Under the pieces are notes generated by a model. The model saw only the letters and a program-made list of their open reading frames with translations. It was not told where the DNA came from and made no database searches. Shown here piece by piece: positions 46,154 to 56,528 of a stretch of 64,000 nt of DNA (position 1 is the stretch's first letter; each line of letters begins with the position of its first letter). The DNA comes from a virus (Duplodnaviria > Caudoviricetes). The stretch spans positions 1 through 64,000 of IMG/VR virus record IMGVR_UViG_3300027751_000004; one strand, 5' to 3'. The position numbers and the translations under genes were made by a program.

Positions 46154-46606
46154 TTAGTCTTGAATAAACGTTTCTTTCTTTGATGCCCCAGTAGATCCGA
46201 TTTCGATCTTGCGGGGACGCTTCTCTTCTGGGATTACTACCTTCAGCTGAACAGCAAGGATTCCATCCTTCAGATCGGCTCCGTGAACTTCGACATACTC
46301 AGATATTCTAAAGGAACGATTGAACTTCTTGGCACTAATGCCTTTGTGAATATACGATCGACCTCTATTTTTATGTTCTCCTCGAACAAAGAGTGTGCGG
46401 TCTTTGACTTCAATTTCAAGCTCGTCTTCAGCAAAACCAGCAACAGCCAACTCCACCATATAATTCTCATCATCAACTTTGAGGATGTTATGTGGGGGAT
46501 AATGATCGTTAGCGTGTCTTGCGACCTTATCTAACTCGTCGAATAAATGGTCAAACCCAACAAACGCTGAGCGTGGGAATAGTGATTTAACATTGATATT
46601 AGTCAT
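46154..46606 (-). CDS. hsp20: small heat shock protein (IbpA-like)
   Basis: VGFDHLF, YPPHNI, LAVAGF, HKGIS, ADLKDGIL. Confidence 0.95.
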   Translation of the reverse strand: MTNINVKSLFPRSAFVGFDHLFDELDKVARHANDHYPPHNILKVDDENYMVELAVAGFAEDELEIEVKDRTLFVRGEHKNRGRSYIHKGISAKKFNRSFRISEYVEVHGADLKDGILAVQLKVVIPEEKRPRKIEIGSTGASKKETFIQD

Positions 46607-46612
46607 GTCTTT

Positions 46613-46633
46613 TCTCCTTTGTTTAAAGCAAGA
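46613..46633 (-). promoter_or_regulatory. ROSE-like RNA thermometer
   Basis: UCUUGCUUU-AAAC-AAAGGAGA pairs over the SD with a bulged G. Confidence 0.6.
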
Positions 46634-46668
46634 TTAATATGGAACCCGACAACTCGGCATTCCGACTT

Positions 46669-46676
46669 TATTTATA
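46669..46676 (-). promoter_or_regulatory. late promoter of hsp20
   Basis: TATAAATA. Confidence 0.65.
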
Positions 46677-46733
46677 AGATATAAACTTATGTTTGAAAAA
46701 CGAGGGGTAATTAAACCCCCCTAGATGTTAAAC

Positions 46734-46817
46734 TTACTTAGACGCTTTCTTGACGCCAGAAGTAGCTTTAACTTGTTTGGTGTATTTTACACCTCTGTAA
46801 GTTAGTTCGTAACTCAT
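46734..46817 (-). CDS. 27-aa YRG-motif peptide (DUF4278-like; not in ORF track)
   Basis: MSYELTYRGVKYTKQVKATSGVKKASK; AGGAG RBS; hairpin at about 46703..46722 downstream. Confidence 0.7.
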   Translation of the reverse strand: MSYELTYRGVKYTKQVKATSGVKKASK

Positions 46818-46894
46818 CGCATTTCTCCTATTAGGATTATACGATTCTTTTAACGCATGAACCAATGCGGGTCTCTACGTGGACCAAACAATTG

Positions 46895-47560
46895 CTAGGA
46901 TTTCTTTTGAGACTTAATCCATTTAGCAGCAATTTTGTTTTCAGGTGGTTTTTTAGACCACACCATAATCTTCTTGTATGCACTCATAGTCCCACGTTCA
47001 ACGTCTGAACTAGTAGAGTTATCAACAATCGTTAGTCTATCACGGAATAGATTCTGAAATTTACCTATATTCTTTTGTACGTCTTTCCACATATCTTCTA
47101 CGCTATCGTCTGGTAGAGATCTTGATCTGTTTCTGTTACGCTCAAGGGCAGTATCTAAATCGGTATTTACAAAGATCATAGCAACAGCATACCCAACTTT
47201 ACGAAGCATGTCAACCTGTTTCTTGATCTTTGCATAGTCCTTACCAGTGCCGTCTATCACTAGACCAAGTCTACCCTCGACGGCACGTTCCATCTTTTTA
47301 CCAGTAAGTGCCTTTGACTTGGCACGTACATCTTGACCTTGAACCGAAAAGAGAGCTTCTGGATCCATAGTCAACCCAGCTTTCTTTAATCCTTTCTCAA
47401 AAGCATCGTCTGAGTTTATTAGTTTAAACCCTAATGCTTGTAATGCGGTCTTACCGACCACAAAAGACTTACCACTTCCTGGACCACCAGCCAAAAATAC
47501 TGCCTTGAAAATGGCAGGATCGTTTACTCCTTCCTCGAGATAAGTCTTAAAACTTAGCAT
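46895..47560 (-). CDS. zeta-toxin/AAA_33-like P-loop kinase
   Basis: AGGPGSGKS, INSDD, VIDGTG, ALERNRNR. Confidence 0.8.
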   Translation of the reverse strand: MLSFKTYLEEGVNDPAIFKAVFLAGGPGSGKSFVVGKTALQALGFKLINSDDAFEKGLKKAGLTMDPEALFSVQGQDVRAKSKALTGKKMERAVEGRLGLVIDGTGKDYAKIKKQVDMLRKVGYAVAMIFVNTDLDTALERNRNRSRSLPDDSVEDMWKDVQKNIGKFQNLFRDRLTIVDNSTSSDVERGTMSAYKKIMVWSKKPPENKIAAKWIKSQKKS

Positions 47561-47977
47561 TTACTTTACACCTATGTTGTACTTTGGACAAAGTTCCCAG
47601 TCGTGTTTTTCTTTATGAGAGATAATCTTAATCTGCCTTAATGGTGCTTTATTTTCTGCTTGTTCTTCTTCAACAAGATCTAATAAACCCCAGTCAGACA
47701 ACAAAGTCGCAATGGTGTTTCTCCTTTCTACGTCATTCTCCATAAGGTTACTCGGTTTACCATCCAACATAAAGAGTTCTTTAAAATGAATGATAAAGTA
47801 TCTACCTTGCTTGTGTAATATATGACAAGACTGATACAGTTTGTTATCCTTACGAGAAGCCACACCCATTCTCGTCAACGTTTCACGAACTTTTAAAAAG
47901 TCGTCAGGATGGCTTAATCGTACTTCCAGCATTGAAGCTGGAGTCCACTCAATTGGTTTTTGATCTTCTAGTTCCAC
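47561..47977 (-). CDS. regA: translational repressor RegA
   Basis: DDFLKVRETLTRMG, LYQSCHILHKQGRY, HFKELF. Confidence 0.95.
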   Translation of the reverse strand: MELEDQKPIEWTPASMLEVRLSHPDDFLKVRETLTRMGVASRKDNKLYQSCHILHKQGRYFIIHFKELFMLDGKPSNLMENDVERRNTIATLLSDWGLLDLVEEEQAENKAPLRQIKIISHKEKHDWELCPKYNIGVK

Positions 47978-48341
47978 CTTTATCTACCTTATTCTTCAAT
48001 TCAATTAATTGTTCATCAGATAGCAATCGTAACGCCTCACGTGCTCTCTCACTGCCATAACCGAAGTATTCTTTGACCACTTCGATGTTATCAAGGGAAT
48101 CTGCTTTTGCCCACTTGGAGAAGCGTTTTCCCTTCCTAATACTATTTATAAGATAATGAAACTGCAGTTTGTTATCAAGGTGGTGATAACGATTCATCTC
48201 ATTTGCAAACAGTATTGTATCTAGGAACTGTGAGAGACCACGGTTCACGATAAATGGGTTATATCCTTTCTCAGCATCATCATCTACCATTATATCTTTT
48301 TTGGAAGAGTTGATTGACTTTAAGAACTCGAATGGGTTCAT
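47949..48341 (-). CDS. 62: clamp loader small subunit gp62
   Basis: YNPFIVNRGLS, ANEMN, KRFSKW; synteny. Confidence 0.9.
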   Translation of the reverse strand: MNPFEFLKSINSSKKDIMVDDDAEKGYNPFIVNRGLSQFLDTILFANEMNRYHHLDNKLQFHYLINSIRKGKRFSKWAKADSLDNIEVVKEYFGYGSERAREALRLLSDEQLIELKNKVDKGGTRRSKTN

Positions 48342-49276
48342 CGTTTAAACTCCACGGATCCCATAACCTCAGTCATACAAGCAACAAGGTTAAGTTCGTG
48401 GTCAGCAACAAACGCATCTTTGTATTGATAGTCTGCTAGGATAATAACAAGTTGAGGGATAGAGTTTGGCTCTACGAAATCATACATCGTGTCGTAGATT
48501 CTACGGAACACAACAGAGGGTTCTACGTCCATATTATTAGCAACCCATGAACGCATAGACTTGAAGTTCTTTTTCTTGAGGTAATCTACAAGAGACTTGA
48601 TATTCTCGTCTTGAAGGTTGATCAATATACCAGCATCAATTGTACCAGATAAAGAATATCTCTGACACTCATTGATTACTCGACGGAAGTCAGGGAAGTG
48701 TTTGTTAACTAGTTCTACAATTACTTTTTGGTCGTAGGTTACTCCCTCACTAGTTAGTATCTCGCACACACGCTTGAACATACCAGCAGCAAGGTTTGGC
48801 TTTTCGTCTTTGGGAATATTGAAATCATAGACCGAACAACGAGAATGTAGTGGTTCAATGATCTTGTTTTTGAAGTTACAGGTTAGGATAAATCTACAGT
48901 TATTGGCAAACTCTTCAATAAACCCACGCAAAGCAGGTTGAGTAGATTGCGCATTCAGATAATCAGCCTCATCTAGGATAACCACTTTGTAACCACCCTG
49001 TAGTGAAACAGTAGAAGCAAAGTGACGAATCTTAGTACGCAGGGTATCAATATTACCGCTTTCAGATCCGTTTATGATTATCCAATCCAACCCCAACTCA
49101 TTACACAATGCTTTAGCGACTGTCGTTTTACCGACACCAGCCGTACCAGTGAAGAGCATATTAGGAAGCTCTCCACCGCTTACGATTTCGCTGAAAGTTT
49201 TGTTGAGTTGAGTTGGTAGGATAGCTTGATCAATTGTAGCTGGGCGGTATTTCTCCACCCAAAGGAAGTCGCTCAT
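48338..49276 (-). CDS. 44: clamp loader large subunit gp44
   Basis: LWVEKYRP, GTAGVGKT, DEAD, SRC. Confidence 0.95.
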   Translation of the reverse strand: MSDFLWVEKYRPATIDQAILPTQLNKTFSEIVSGGELPNMLFTGTAGVGKTTVAKALCNELGLDWIIINGSESGNIDTLRTKIRHFASTVSLQGGYKVVILDEADYLNAQSTQPALRGFIEEFANNCRFILTCNFKNKIIEPLHSRCSVYDFNIPKDEKPNLAAGMFKRVCEILTSEGVTYDQKVIVELVNKHFPDFRRVINECQRYSLSGTIDAGILINLQDENIKSLVDYLKKKNFKSMRSWVANNMDVEPSVVFRRIYDTMYDFVEPNSIPQLVIILADYQYKDAFVADHELNLVACMTEVMGSVEFKR

Positions 49277-49314
49277 GTTACATCTCCATAATAAAATAAT
49301 AAATCAATGGTGCT

Positions 49315-49343
49315 ATTATACTATACTTCAATCAAAAAGTAAA
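49315..49343 (-). promoter_or_regulatory. early promoter of 44-62-regA
   Basis: TTTACT-17bp-TATAAT. Confidence 0.8.
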
Positions 49344-49350
49344 GGTTTAT

Positions 49351-49665
49351 TTATGGCATTTGAATCCCGCCAGCACCTGCTTGAGATCCGCCAGCACCAG
49401 CAAGTACAATACCAGAAACCATTTGACGGTAAGCATCTGAAACTTCTTTGTTAGTTTCAGTTACAAACACGTACTGCTGGAACACAACCTCTTTAGGTTC
49501 TTTAGTACCAGTCATGGCAACTCCAGGAGCAAATCCCATGCCATTCTCATTCTGTACCAACATGCGGGGATCTTTTAAGGTGATTGTTGCTCCAATCTCG
49601 CCTTTAAGTTTACCGATGTATTCTCCTGCTACACATACTATAGTAATAATATCATTTTCTTTCAT
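49351..49665 (-). CDS. small Sm-like beta protein
   Basis: DIITIV...GEYIGKL...TLKDPR...SGIVL. Confidence 0.55.
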   Translation of the reverse strand: MKENDIITIVCVAGEYIGKLKGEIGATITLKDPRMLVQNENGMGFAPGVAMTGTKEPKEVVFQQYVFVTETNKEVSDAYRQMVSGIVLAGAGGSQAGAGGIQMP

Positions 49666-49710
49666 TTCAATTTCCTGTTAGTTTATTTTAATTTATATAA
49701 AAGCTGTTTG

Positions 49711-52700
49711 CTATGTATTTCCATATTCCGCAACAACAACTTCTATATATGCTGTTTCCGGATCTACCGATGAATCAGTCCCAGAATATACTATATAGTA
49801 AGTTCCTGGGGTAGTAAATTGAGTGTCCCAGCGTAACATCCCAGTTTTCGAGACTGGGTATTCATCTTCATCATAGCTATAATGTCCTGATTCGATAAAG
49901 TTTGACTTATATATTCGGTGACCATAATCTGTGTGGCTTGACATGACTGTCCCTTTGACATAATTATCACCAGCATCAGGATACGCCATACCTATCCCTA
50001 ATGGGTTAGCATCCACATCATCCATATCTATATCGCCACCTGTTTTACTACTTTTCACAATTAGAAAATCTGTAGATGAGATTTCTGAGTTATCATAATT
50101 ATCTATCAGCCAATTTTTCTGGGCGGTATCGGGTAACTCATTAGGTAATTCAGGCATATACGATAAATTTAGCACGGCTCCAACTTCCACATAAATTTGA
50201 GTTCTTGCAGCCTGTCCAGCTGCTGTATTACCGCCTTTTGCATCGGAATAAGAAAAGTTGGGTACTCCATTATTAGCATCCCGATATTTTCGGGATCTTG
50301 CAACAAGGGTATCGTCTTCCAACCTCTGTATATAGAAGCTGTAAACATTTGGGTATGTAATTAATCCTTGGAATTTTGTTCTAAAGAATATTTCGTCTAT
50401 TATATGATTCTGAGACAAGCTGAGCAAACCTGCTCCAGAATCGTCAACAGGTTGAACTCCATGTATTCTTAGTGAATGCACCCTTTCAAATTTAGAGGCT
50501 GCTCCAATTTCCAGATTATCTAACTCTGTTCTTTTACCATCATATCCCCAATGGTTTGAACCAACATCACTATTCCAATTACCCGTGTCACTAGGATAAT
50601 TATATGCGAACCTAGTGACGATTTTTCCAGCTACTTGAGCACCAATTTGGTTACCAATTCTTATAGGTGTTACATAGGGTGACCTAGAACCATACTTATC
50701 TTTATTTCCGAATCCTTCCCGATCGACATCTGTCAAGAATTTCACCGAAGATAAGTGAACCTCACCATCAGCATCTTCATGCCTATTCGGGTTAGTTCCA
50801 TCTGAAACTGACTGGCTACTGTTATTATAATCGAATGGACCAGAATCCCCTTTATTGTCACCCCTAAAGTCTTGATTCAAAGACTTAAACCCATGAATTG
50901 TTGTTAAGTCATCTAGTATAGTAACGTCAGGGATATAGGTTGTTTCACTGGTAGGTTCTTCGGTTAATGATTCTCTACCCACGATTTCACTATTAACCAA
51001 TTCAACATTTATTCCTGTGACTTCGTAAAAACCATACAAATTGTAATTAGCTTCGCTAGGACCAGCACTTGTGTCAGTGAATAATAATGTTTCGCTATAA
51101 CCTTCAGCTGGTATATCAATTACTGTAAAACCAGCCTGCCCGATATCTTGAGACGCTATTCTAACAAACGCATCTAGGCTTGAATCTAGATCACCGTTAG
51201 GATCCCTAAATCTGACATGAATATCAGTATTTGTTGGATAGAAGAAATTTCTGCCGTTAGGCGAAATAGAAGTTCCCGTCCAATCAACAGCACCAAACTG
51301 AATTTGTTTTCTTTTTCCATCAGTAGATCTGAATCTCAACCCACGAGTACCATCCACTTTATAATGCACTTCAGGGGCAATCCCTTGCTGAACAAAACTA
51401 GCGGTGGCGGAGGGGTTTAATGTACCAAGAAAAAGATTCCTGGCAAGACTATTCCCTCTTAAGTGAGAAGGGATTTCGTTTTGTCCTTGTACTGTAAAAG
51501 TCGTAGCACCATCGGCTAATCGATCATGAGTTGCCTGATATGTAGGGTCTGCGTCAGGATAATCTTCAAATCTTAAGGATACATCTGTATGTATTGGCTC
51601 TCCGTGAAATTCGGCAATTTCGCTGAATGTAACATCTGGTTCTTTCCCAAGGCTCATCCTATTGTCTATAAGTTCTTTGCCGTCAAGTAAGCTATTGTCT
51701 CGGGCGTACTTATCAAATAACATTTCATTTCTTGGGTATTCTGAATGATCTTGTAGAGTAATCGAGAACATTCGCCAATCCTGATCTGCGATATCCCCAT
51801 TACCTCCAGGATCTCTTGCAGGTTTAAATCTGGATACTAATCTTTCAATACGTTTTCCGTTGTTATCTAGAACAGACTCAGTTCCTTTTAGTAAGAAATC
51901 GTTATCTTCCCTAAGTTCGTTAAAAACTGTCCTACAATAAGTACCATCTGGGTACTCAAAATTCATTAGGCTACCGCCATTACTAACATATAATTCGTAA
52001 ATCGGGCAATCGTCGTCTAAAGGATCTTTATCAACGCAAACTACCCTAAATGTGTAGCCTAAGTCTACAAAATCTCCATATGGTTGATCTGTGTCCATCA
52101 AGTTGTCGACCCCGATGCCCTCAACGTCTTTGGCTTCTGCAAGCTGACCTTGATGCGCACCAGATGCTTCATATGGCAATAAGCTAGAAGAAAACACTGT
52201 ACCTGGATAGTTATTGTCCTGAGCCCAATGGTCTCGGTGTCTCCAAAAACCTTCATGATCTATATGTCTACTATCAAAACCGTAACCGCTGAAGTATGGT
52301 AGTTTCCTAGAGGGAAACCCATATGGGCTAAAGAACTCAGTTTCAAACATTACAGGGATATCTTTGTAAGCCTTAAATTTACTTTGTGCTCCAGGAGTCT
52401 TAATTGGTTGATAAACTGAATTTGCAGAAGAACCCCCTGTCGGGGCGTTATTCGCATAGCTTACAGAACTTTTAGTTTCTACTTGTGAGCCAAAATGTAT
52501 GACATGGGGGGCTAGGTCATCCCTTTCTCTATTATTAACTGCAAAAAAGGTTTGTGGATGAAGAGGCGGTCTATACCGTTGAATATCCCATTTGAAAGAT
52601 AAAGCCAACATTGTATTGGCGTATCTAGATACTGGTCTATATCTAGATGGATAATGTTTGTGGAAGATTGAATGGGCGTCGCAACCTATAGAGATATCAG

Positions 52701-55080
52701 ATAGATAGTGATCAAAGGTTCCGCTTCTCCAGTAATGTGTAGTGCCACCATTTTCTAATTGCTCCCTCAGGTCTTTTTCGTTTTCGTTGGGAGCAATGTC
52801 ATAGATATGTTCTACCATAGGATTGAGAGCAACATGAGAACCCTGAGATGGCCAATATATAGTATCAGTATTAATACCTTTGGCTCTTATAATTTTTAAA
52901 CCAAGATCTTCTGCGGAGTTTTTGCCTCTGTCGTTGTCATAGTCAATTGTTTTTCTAGGATACTTCTGGCCAATGTCAATCAGATCATCTAAGTATGCGC
53001 CACCGCCAGCAGTGTCAAAGGTGCTTCCGGTTGTTGAAGACATTTCTCCAAATCTTATTGTGGGAGTTGTTTGTAAACCACTAACGAAAGGCATTGTCTC
53101 TGGTTCTACATTATAGGTTGATTCTGACAGGAGTGGGTCGGATCCCACACCATCAGAATCGGAAGTGTCAGTTTCTGTAAATAGTTTTACTGAACTTAAC
53201 CCATTGTCGCTACCATAATCGCTTTCTTCCGAGGTCAACTCATAAAGATCTCCGCCAATAGTGAAATTACTGAGCCTATTCATCGTGCTTACTTCAGTCT
53301 GAATATCGCTCGCTACTGCCCCTATCGTACAGTAAGAACCGCTATGGAATTGGTCGTTCAAAGAGATAACCTTAGCATCATCTGGAACGGTACAATAATC
53401 ATCTGGAGTTTCAGGTGCATCGACAGAACTTGGAGTGTCGGCATCAGCATAAGATTTTATGATAACTTGGTCATCATCGCCATTTACACCCACAAGGAAG
53501 TACAATGACGCTTCCAACGCTGGCGGTGCTCCAATACCACCAGGAATCGACGTAGATGAACCTGTCCTATTAGTTGTTTGGATGTTAATATATGGGTCTC
53601 CAAGAGAAAAAACATTATCTCTAGAATTATTGTTAAGTACACTTTCGGGGACATTACCCCAATAAGCTATAATAACCCCTGTACCTACATCTCTATCTGA
53701 AGCATAAACCACTTGTTTATTTGGCAAAGAGAAAGGGTTGGCTGTATTTTCACTTGAAATTATTTGAGGGACGCCATAATTACTTTCGAAATCATCAACA
53801 AAGCGTCGAGCTACGCTAACTTGACTGAAGTCAGCTTTTAGGATAAATACTGCAGTAGTGTGACCAACGTCCCCAGAATAATCTAAACCTGATTTATAAA
53901 CGTCCAAAGGTTGCATATTAATATGCGCTCCACCATAAATCGGCGTGCGCCAATTGAAAACTTTTCTGACTTCCCCTTGCTTCATCCCCGCATCGGTAAA
54001 TCTTTCAACCCTAACTTTTTTTGCGTCACTATCAGAAAGCAATTTGTGCTCCACCTTTGTAACGCCAGCTAACATAAACCCTTTTATGTCACTAGAAGTT
54101 TCGTTCCTTTCTGGTTGATGTGGATATTCATATCTTGGGAAAGTAGTCCCTCCCAAATATTCATACCTAAGTTGGCTAATTTGAATATATGTCTTACTCG
54201 CCTCCTTCCAAGATCCATCTGCAGGGATTGTAAAGTATGCTGGATCTCCATCCGCCTCCAAAAACTCTCCACCATCGTGAAAAGCAGGACCACCCCAAGT
54301 GAAAGTATGGATATTATTTACATCAGTTGCTCTAATTTCATCGTATCTATCCGCATCTTTAGTACCAGTCCTAAGTGATGGCGGTATGGTAGTTAAATCT
54401 TCATGAGCGTACAAGAATGGAAATTTAACACCCATCATGTTTACGGTGTTGCCATTGGATCTAGCGTCAGCGTAAGGGAATGTGGTAAAATCATCAGAAG
54501 AGTCTGTGTAAAACGTGATTTCTCCTACACGAGACCTTAGATAAAGGGATACATAAACAGCGTTATTTTCTTTGGTTATTCTGATTTCCGATTCTAAACC
54601 AAAATGTTCGAACAAGTAGTCAAATTCGTTATTATGCCCAAAATGGTTAGTACATATACCATTTCTATCTTTTGATATATGGTATGTTCTGATTCTAGTT
54701 TCTGGGTCGTATTCTGTATTTTCTTGCCATCTGTTTGGGTTCTCTTGCGACAGTTGGCTAGCGAATGGTTTCATCCGCTTCATAGTAATCCCATCAGAAT
54801 CAGATCTGACAGGAGTGTACGGTTGATGTATCCAATTGGTTAAATCACCTGCGGGGTTATTAAAGTAGATAGCATCAGTGAACCCTAATCGTGAGAAAAC
54901 ATCGTCTGCTAGATCATTGCCTTTATAAAATATAGGTTTGGGGTCATATAACCCAGTGCCGATTTTAGTTTGAGAGTATGAATTAAGGGATACTGATGAC
55001 GTTACATTGTTAAAGTTATCTCTAACTTCGGATAACTTTATAGGTGTACCAGCATTTTTCCCGCCTACTTTATTACTCAT
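49711..55080 (-). CDS. 1789-aa protein, possibly virion-associated or receptor-binding
   Basis: Uninterrupted ORF rich in G/S/T/D/N/Y; late and early promoters upstream; no recognisable enzyme motif. Confidence 0.55.
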   Translation of the reverse strand: MSNKVGGKNAGTPIKLSEVRDNFNNVTSSVSLNSYSQTKIGTGLYDPKPIFYKGNDLADDVFSRLGFTDAIYFNNPAGDLTNWIHQPYTPVRSDSDGITMKRMKPFASQLSQENPNRWQENTEYDPETRIRTYHISKDRNGICTNHFGHNNEFDYLFEHFGLESEIRITKENNAVYVSLYLRSRVGEITFYTDSSDDFTTFPYADARSNGNTVNMMGVKFPFLYAHEDLTTIPPSLRTGTKDADRYDEIRATDVNNIHTFTWGGPAFHDGGEFLEADGDPAYFTIPADGSWKEASKTYIQISQLRYEYLGGTTFPRYEYPHQPERNETSSDIKGFMLAGVTKVEHKLLSDSDAKKVRVERFTDAGMKQGEVRKVFNWRTPIYGGAHINMQPLDVYKSGLDYSGDVGHTTAVFILKADFSQVSVARRFVDDFESNYGVPQIISSENTANPFSLPNKQVVYASDRDVGTGVIIAYWGNVPESVLNNNSRDNVFSLGDPYINIQTTNRTGSSTSIPGGIGAPPALEASLYFLVGVNGDDDQVIIKSYADADTPSSVDAPETPDDYCTVPDDAKVISLNDQFHSGSYCTIGAVASDIQTEVSTMNRLSNFTIGGDLYELTSEESDYGSDNGLSSVKLFTETDTSDSDGVGSDPLLSESTYNVEPETMPFVSGLQTTPTIRFGEMSSTTGSTFDTAGGGAYLDDLIDIGQKYPRKTIDYDNDRGKNSAEDLGLKIIRAKGINTDTIYWPSQGSHVALNPMVEHIYDIAPNENEKDLREQLENGGTTHYWRSGTFDHYLSDISIGCDAHSIFHKHYPSRYRPVSRYANTMLALSFKWDIQRYRPPLHPQTFFAVNNRERDDLAPHVIHFGSQVETKSSVSYANNAPTGGSSANSVYQPIKTPGAQSKFKAYKDIPVMFETEFFSPYGFPSRKLPYFSGYGFDSRHIDHEGFWRHRDHWAQDNNYPGTVFSSSLLPYEASGAHQGQLAEAKDVEGIGVDNLMDTDQPYGDFVDLGYTFRVVCVDKDPLDDDCPIYELYVSNGGSLMNFEYPDGTYCRTVFNELREDNDFLLKGTESVLDNNGKRIERLVSRFKPARDPGGNGDIADQDWRMFSITLQDHSEYPRNEMLFDKYARDNSLLDGKELIDNRMSLGKEPDVTFSEIAEFHGEPIHTDVSLRFEDYPDADPTYQATHDRLADGATTFTVQGQNEIPSHLRGNSLARNLFLGTLNPSATASFVQQGIAPEVHYKVDGTRGLRFRSTDGKRKQIQFGAVDWTGTSISPNGRNFFYPTNTDIHVRFRDPNGDLDSSLDAFVRIASQDIGQAGFTVIDIPAEGYSETLLFTDTSAGPSEANYNLYGFYEVTGINVELVNSEIVGRESLTEEPTSETTYIPDVTILDDLTTIHGFKSLNQDFRGDNKGDSGPFDYNNSSQSVSDGTNPNRHEDADGEVHLSSVKFLTDVDREGFGNKDKYGSRSPYVTPIRIGNQIGAQVAGKIVTRFAYNYPSDTGNWNSDVGSNHWGYDGKRTELDNLEIGAASKFERVHSLRIHGVQPVDDSGAGLLSLSQNHIIDEIFFRTKFQGLITYPNVYSFYIQRLEDDTLVARSRKYRDANNGVPNFSYSDAKGGNTAAGQAARTQIYVEVGAVLNLSYMPELPNELPDTAQKNWLIDNYDNSEISSTDFLIVKSSKTGGDIDMDDVDANPLGIGMAYPDAGDNYVKGTVMSSHTDYGHRIYKSNFIESGHYSYDEDEYPVSKTGMLRWDTQFTTPGTYYIVYSGTDSSVDPETAYIEVVVAEYGNT

Positions 55081-55118
55081 TTAGATTTCGCCCTGATTGA
55101 TGATAAGGATGTTACCAT

Positions 55119-55197
55119 TATTTATATGTTTAAACATTCCCGAATATGATATTTATTATACCCTATTTACAGTTATAAGTCAAGTTTATTATAAATA
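55119..55197. promoter_or_regulatory. divergent promoter region
   Basis: TATAAATA on minus at 55119..55126; TTGACT-17bp-TATAAT on minus at 55155..55183; TATAAATA on plus at 55190..55197. Confidence 0.7.
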
Positions 55198-55221
55198 GTA
55201 TTAGACAATTTGGAGAAATTC

Positions 55222-56010
55222 ATGGCACAATATAGCAGAAGAGCACAACAGTATTTAAGCAACGGCACAACTAATTTTGAAGTTAACATGCTTGCTGATC
55301 AAGACGGCAACATCATTAACTCGTTTGGTGCTGCCTCTAATATTCCCATTGCTTCTGGTGCCGTAACTGGTCATAGCCATATTAATAAGTTTGGTTATAG
55401 TGACTCTATTGCAAGCCTTTCTACTATCTGGGACGGATCAAACATCTACAGTTACTCAACTTCAGCAGGTGCAGTAACAGTAACATCTTCGTCAACAGAT
55501 GATGCTGGTGCGGTAATTGAAGTTCAAGGTCTCGACTCAAGTTATCATTTGGTAACTCAGGATATCGTTTTAGGTGCAACTGGTGCGACTAATCTTATTA
55601 GAGTATTCAGAGCAAGACTTAAAACGCCAGCATCTGACGAAACAACCAACATCGGTATTATCTCGGTAAGCATTGGTGGTGATTTAAGAGCGAAGATCCT
55701 AGCAGGTAAAGGTCAAACATTGATGGCTGTGTATACTATTCCTGCTGGTAAGACGGGATACTTATTAAACCTTACAACATCAGTCGATAAAGCTACAGCT
55801 GTCACTTATAGACTAACTGTAAGAGAGATAGACGATGGAGGGTTTCAAATTAAAGGGCAATTTGGTACTTTTGGAACTCCATTAGATCACAGTTATCCAA
55901 TACCATTGGTGTTTACAGAAAAGACTGATATAGAAATTCAAGCAGAGGCTGGCAATTCTTGTGGCGGTGGTGCTACTTTCGATCTGATACTCGTCGACAA
56001 TCCAGCCTAA
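55222..56010 (+). CDS. late beta-rich protein, likely virion structural
   Basis: Lone plus-strand gene with late promoter and GGAG RBS; INKFG, GQTLMAVYTIPAG, EKTDIEI. Confidence 0.6.
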   Translation: MAQYSRRAQQYLSNGTTNFEVNMLADQDGNIINSFGAASNIPIASGAVTGHSHINKFGYSDSIASLSTIWDGSNIYSYSTSAGAVTVTSSSTDDAGAVIEVQGLDSSYHLVTQDIVLGATGATNLIRVFRARLKTPASDETTNIGIISVSIGGDLRAKILAGKGQTLMAVYTIPAGKTGYLLNLTTSVDKATAVTYRLTVREIDDGGFQIKGQFGTFGTPLDHSYPIPLVFTEKTDIEIQAEAGNSCGGGATFDLILVDNPA

Positions 56011-56205
56011 TTAGGGTCTTTGATCCCAAGGTTCTCTTTCACGGACTTCTTTTTCTGCGCTTTCTTCAGTTACTTCTGCGCAATCATCTACCGCACTGGG
56101 TAAGTCTTTTTTACCAAAGATAGCATCCCAGTTATCGTCAAATTTATTTTGGTCTGCAGCCTTGCGCTGTTTGCTACCTTTACCGCCCTGCCATTGTCCG
56201 CTCAT
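56011..56205 (-). CDS. hypothetical protein
   Basis: GGKGSKQR...FDDNWDAIFGKK. Confidence 0.6.
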   Translation of the reverse strand: MSGQWQGGKGSKQRKAADQNKFDDNWDAIFGKKDLPSAVDDCAEVTEESAEKEVREREPWDQRP

Positions 56206-56426
56206 TTAAGTATACCTGTTAAAAGTGTTAAAGTCATGACTGTATTTAGCATAATCAACGCACGATCTTTCCACGCAAGACTGACAGTCAACCAGCCAAT
56301 AGAACCGATTAAAGAGAAATATAAGTCAAACAAATGGTATTGCTCGCCTGCGCTTCTGAAAGCAACTGCTAATAGTATTGCAATCGATGCAGACCACTTT
56401 ATCAACCATATGGTTCTGTCACTCAC
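56202..56426 (-). CDS. small three-TM membrane protein
   Basis: Hydrophobic; IKW...GW...WKDRALIMLN. Confidence 0.65.
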   Translation of the reverse strand: MSDRTIWLIKWSASIAILLAVAFRSAGEQYHLFDLYFSLIGSIGWLTVSLAWKDRALIMLNTVMTLTLLTGILK

Positions 56427-56528
56427 AAGTAGTGATTCCAGATATAAGAGATAATCTCAAATAAACCCATGGTTAAAACCAAACTTCCTGCAGCTAAACC
56501 TAAGCCATACATCATATCAATAAACATA

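Noticed and set aside
46895-47560. Zeta toxin-antitoxin module
   Set aside because: No antitoxin partner is apparent; the motifs support only a P-loop kinase.
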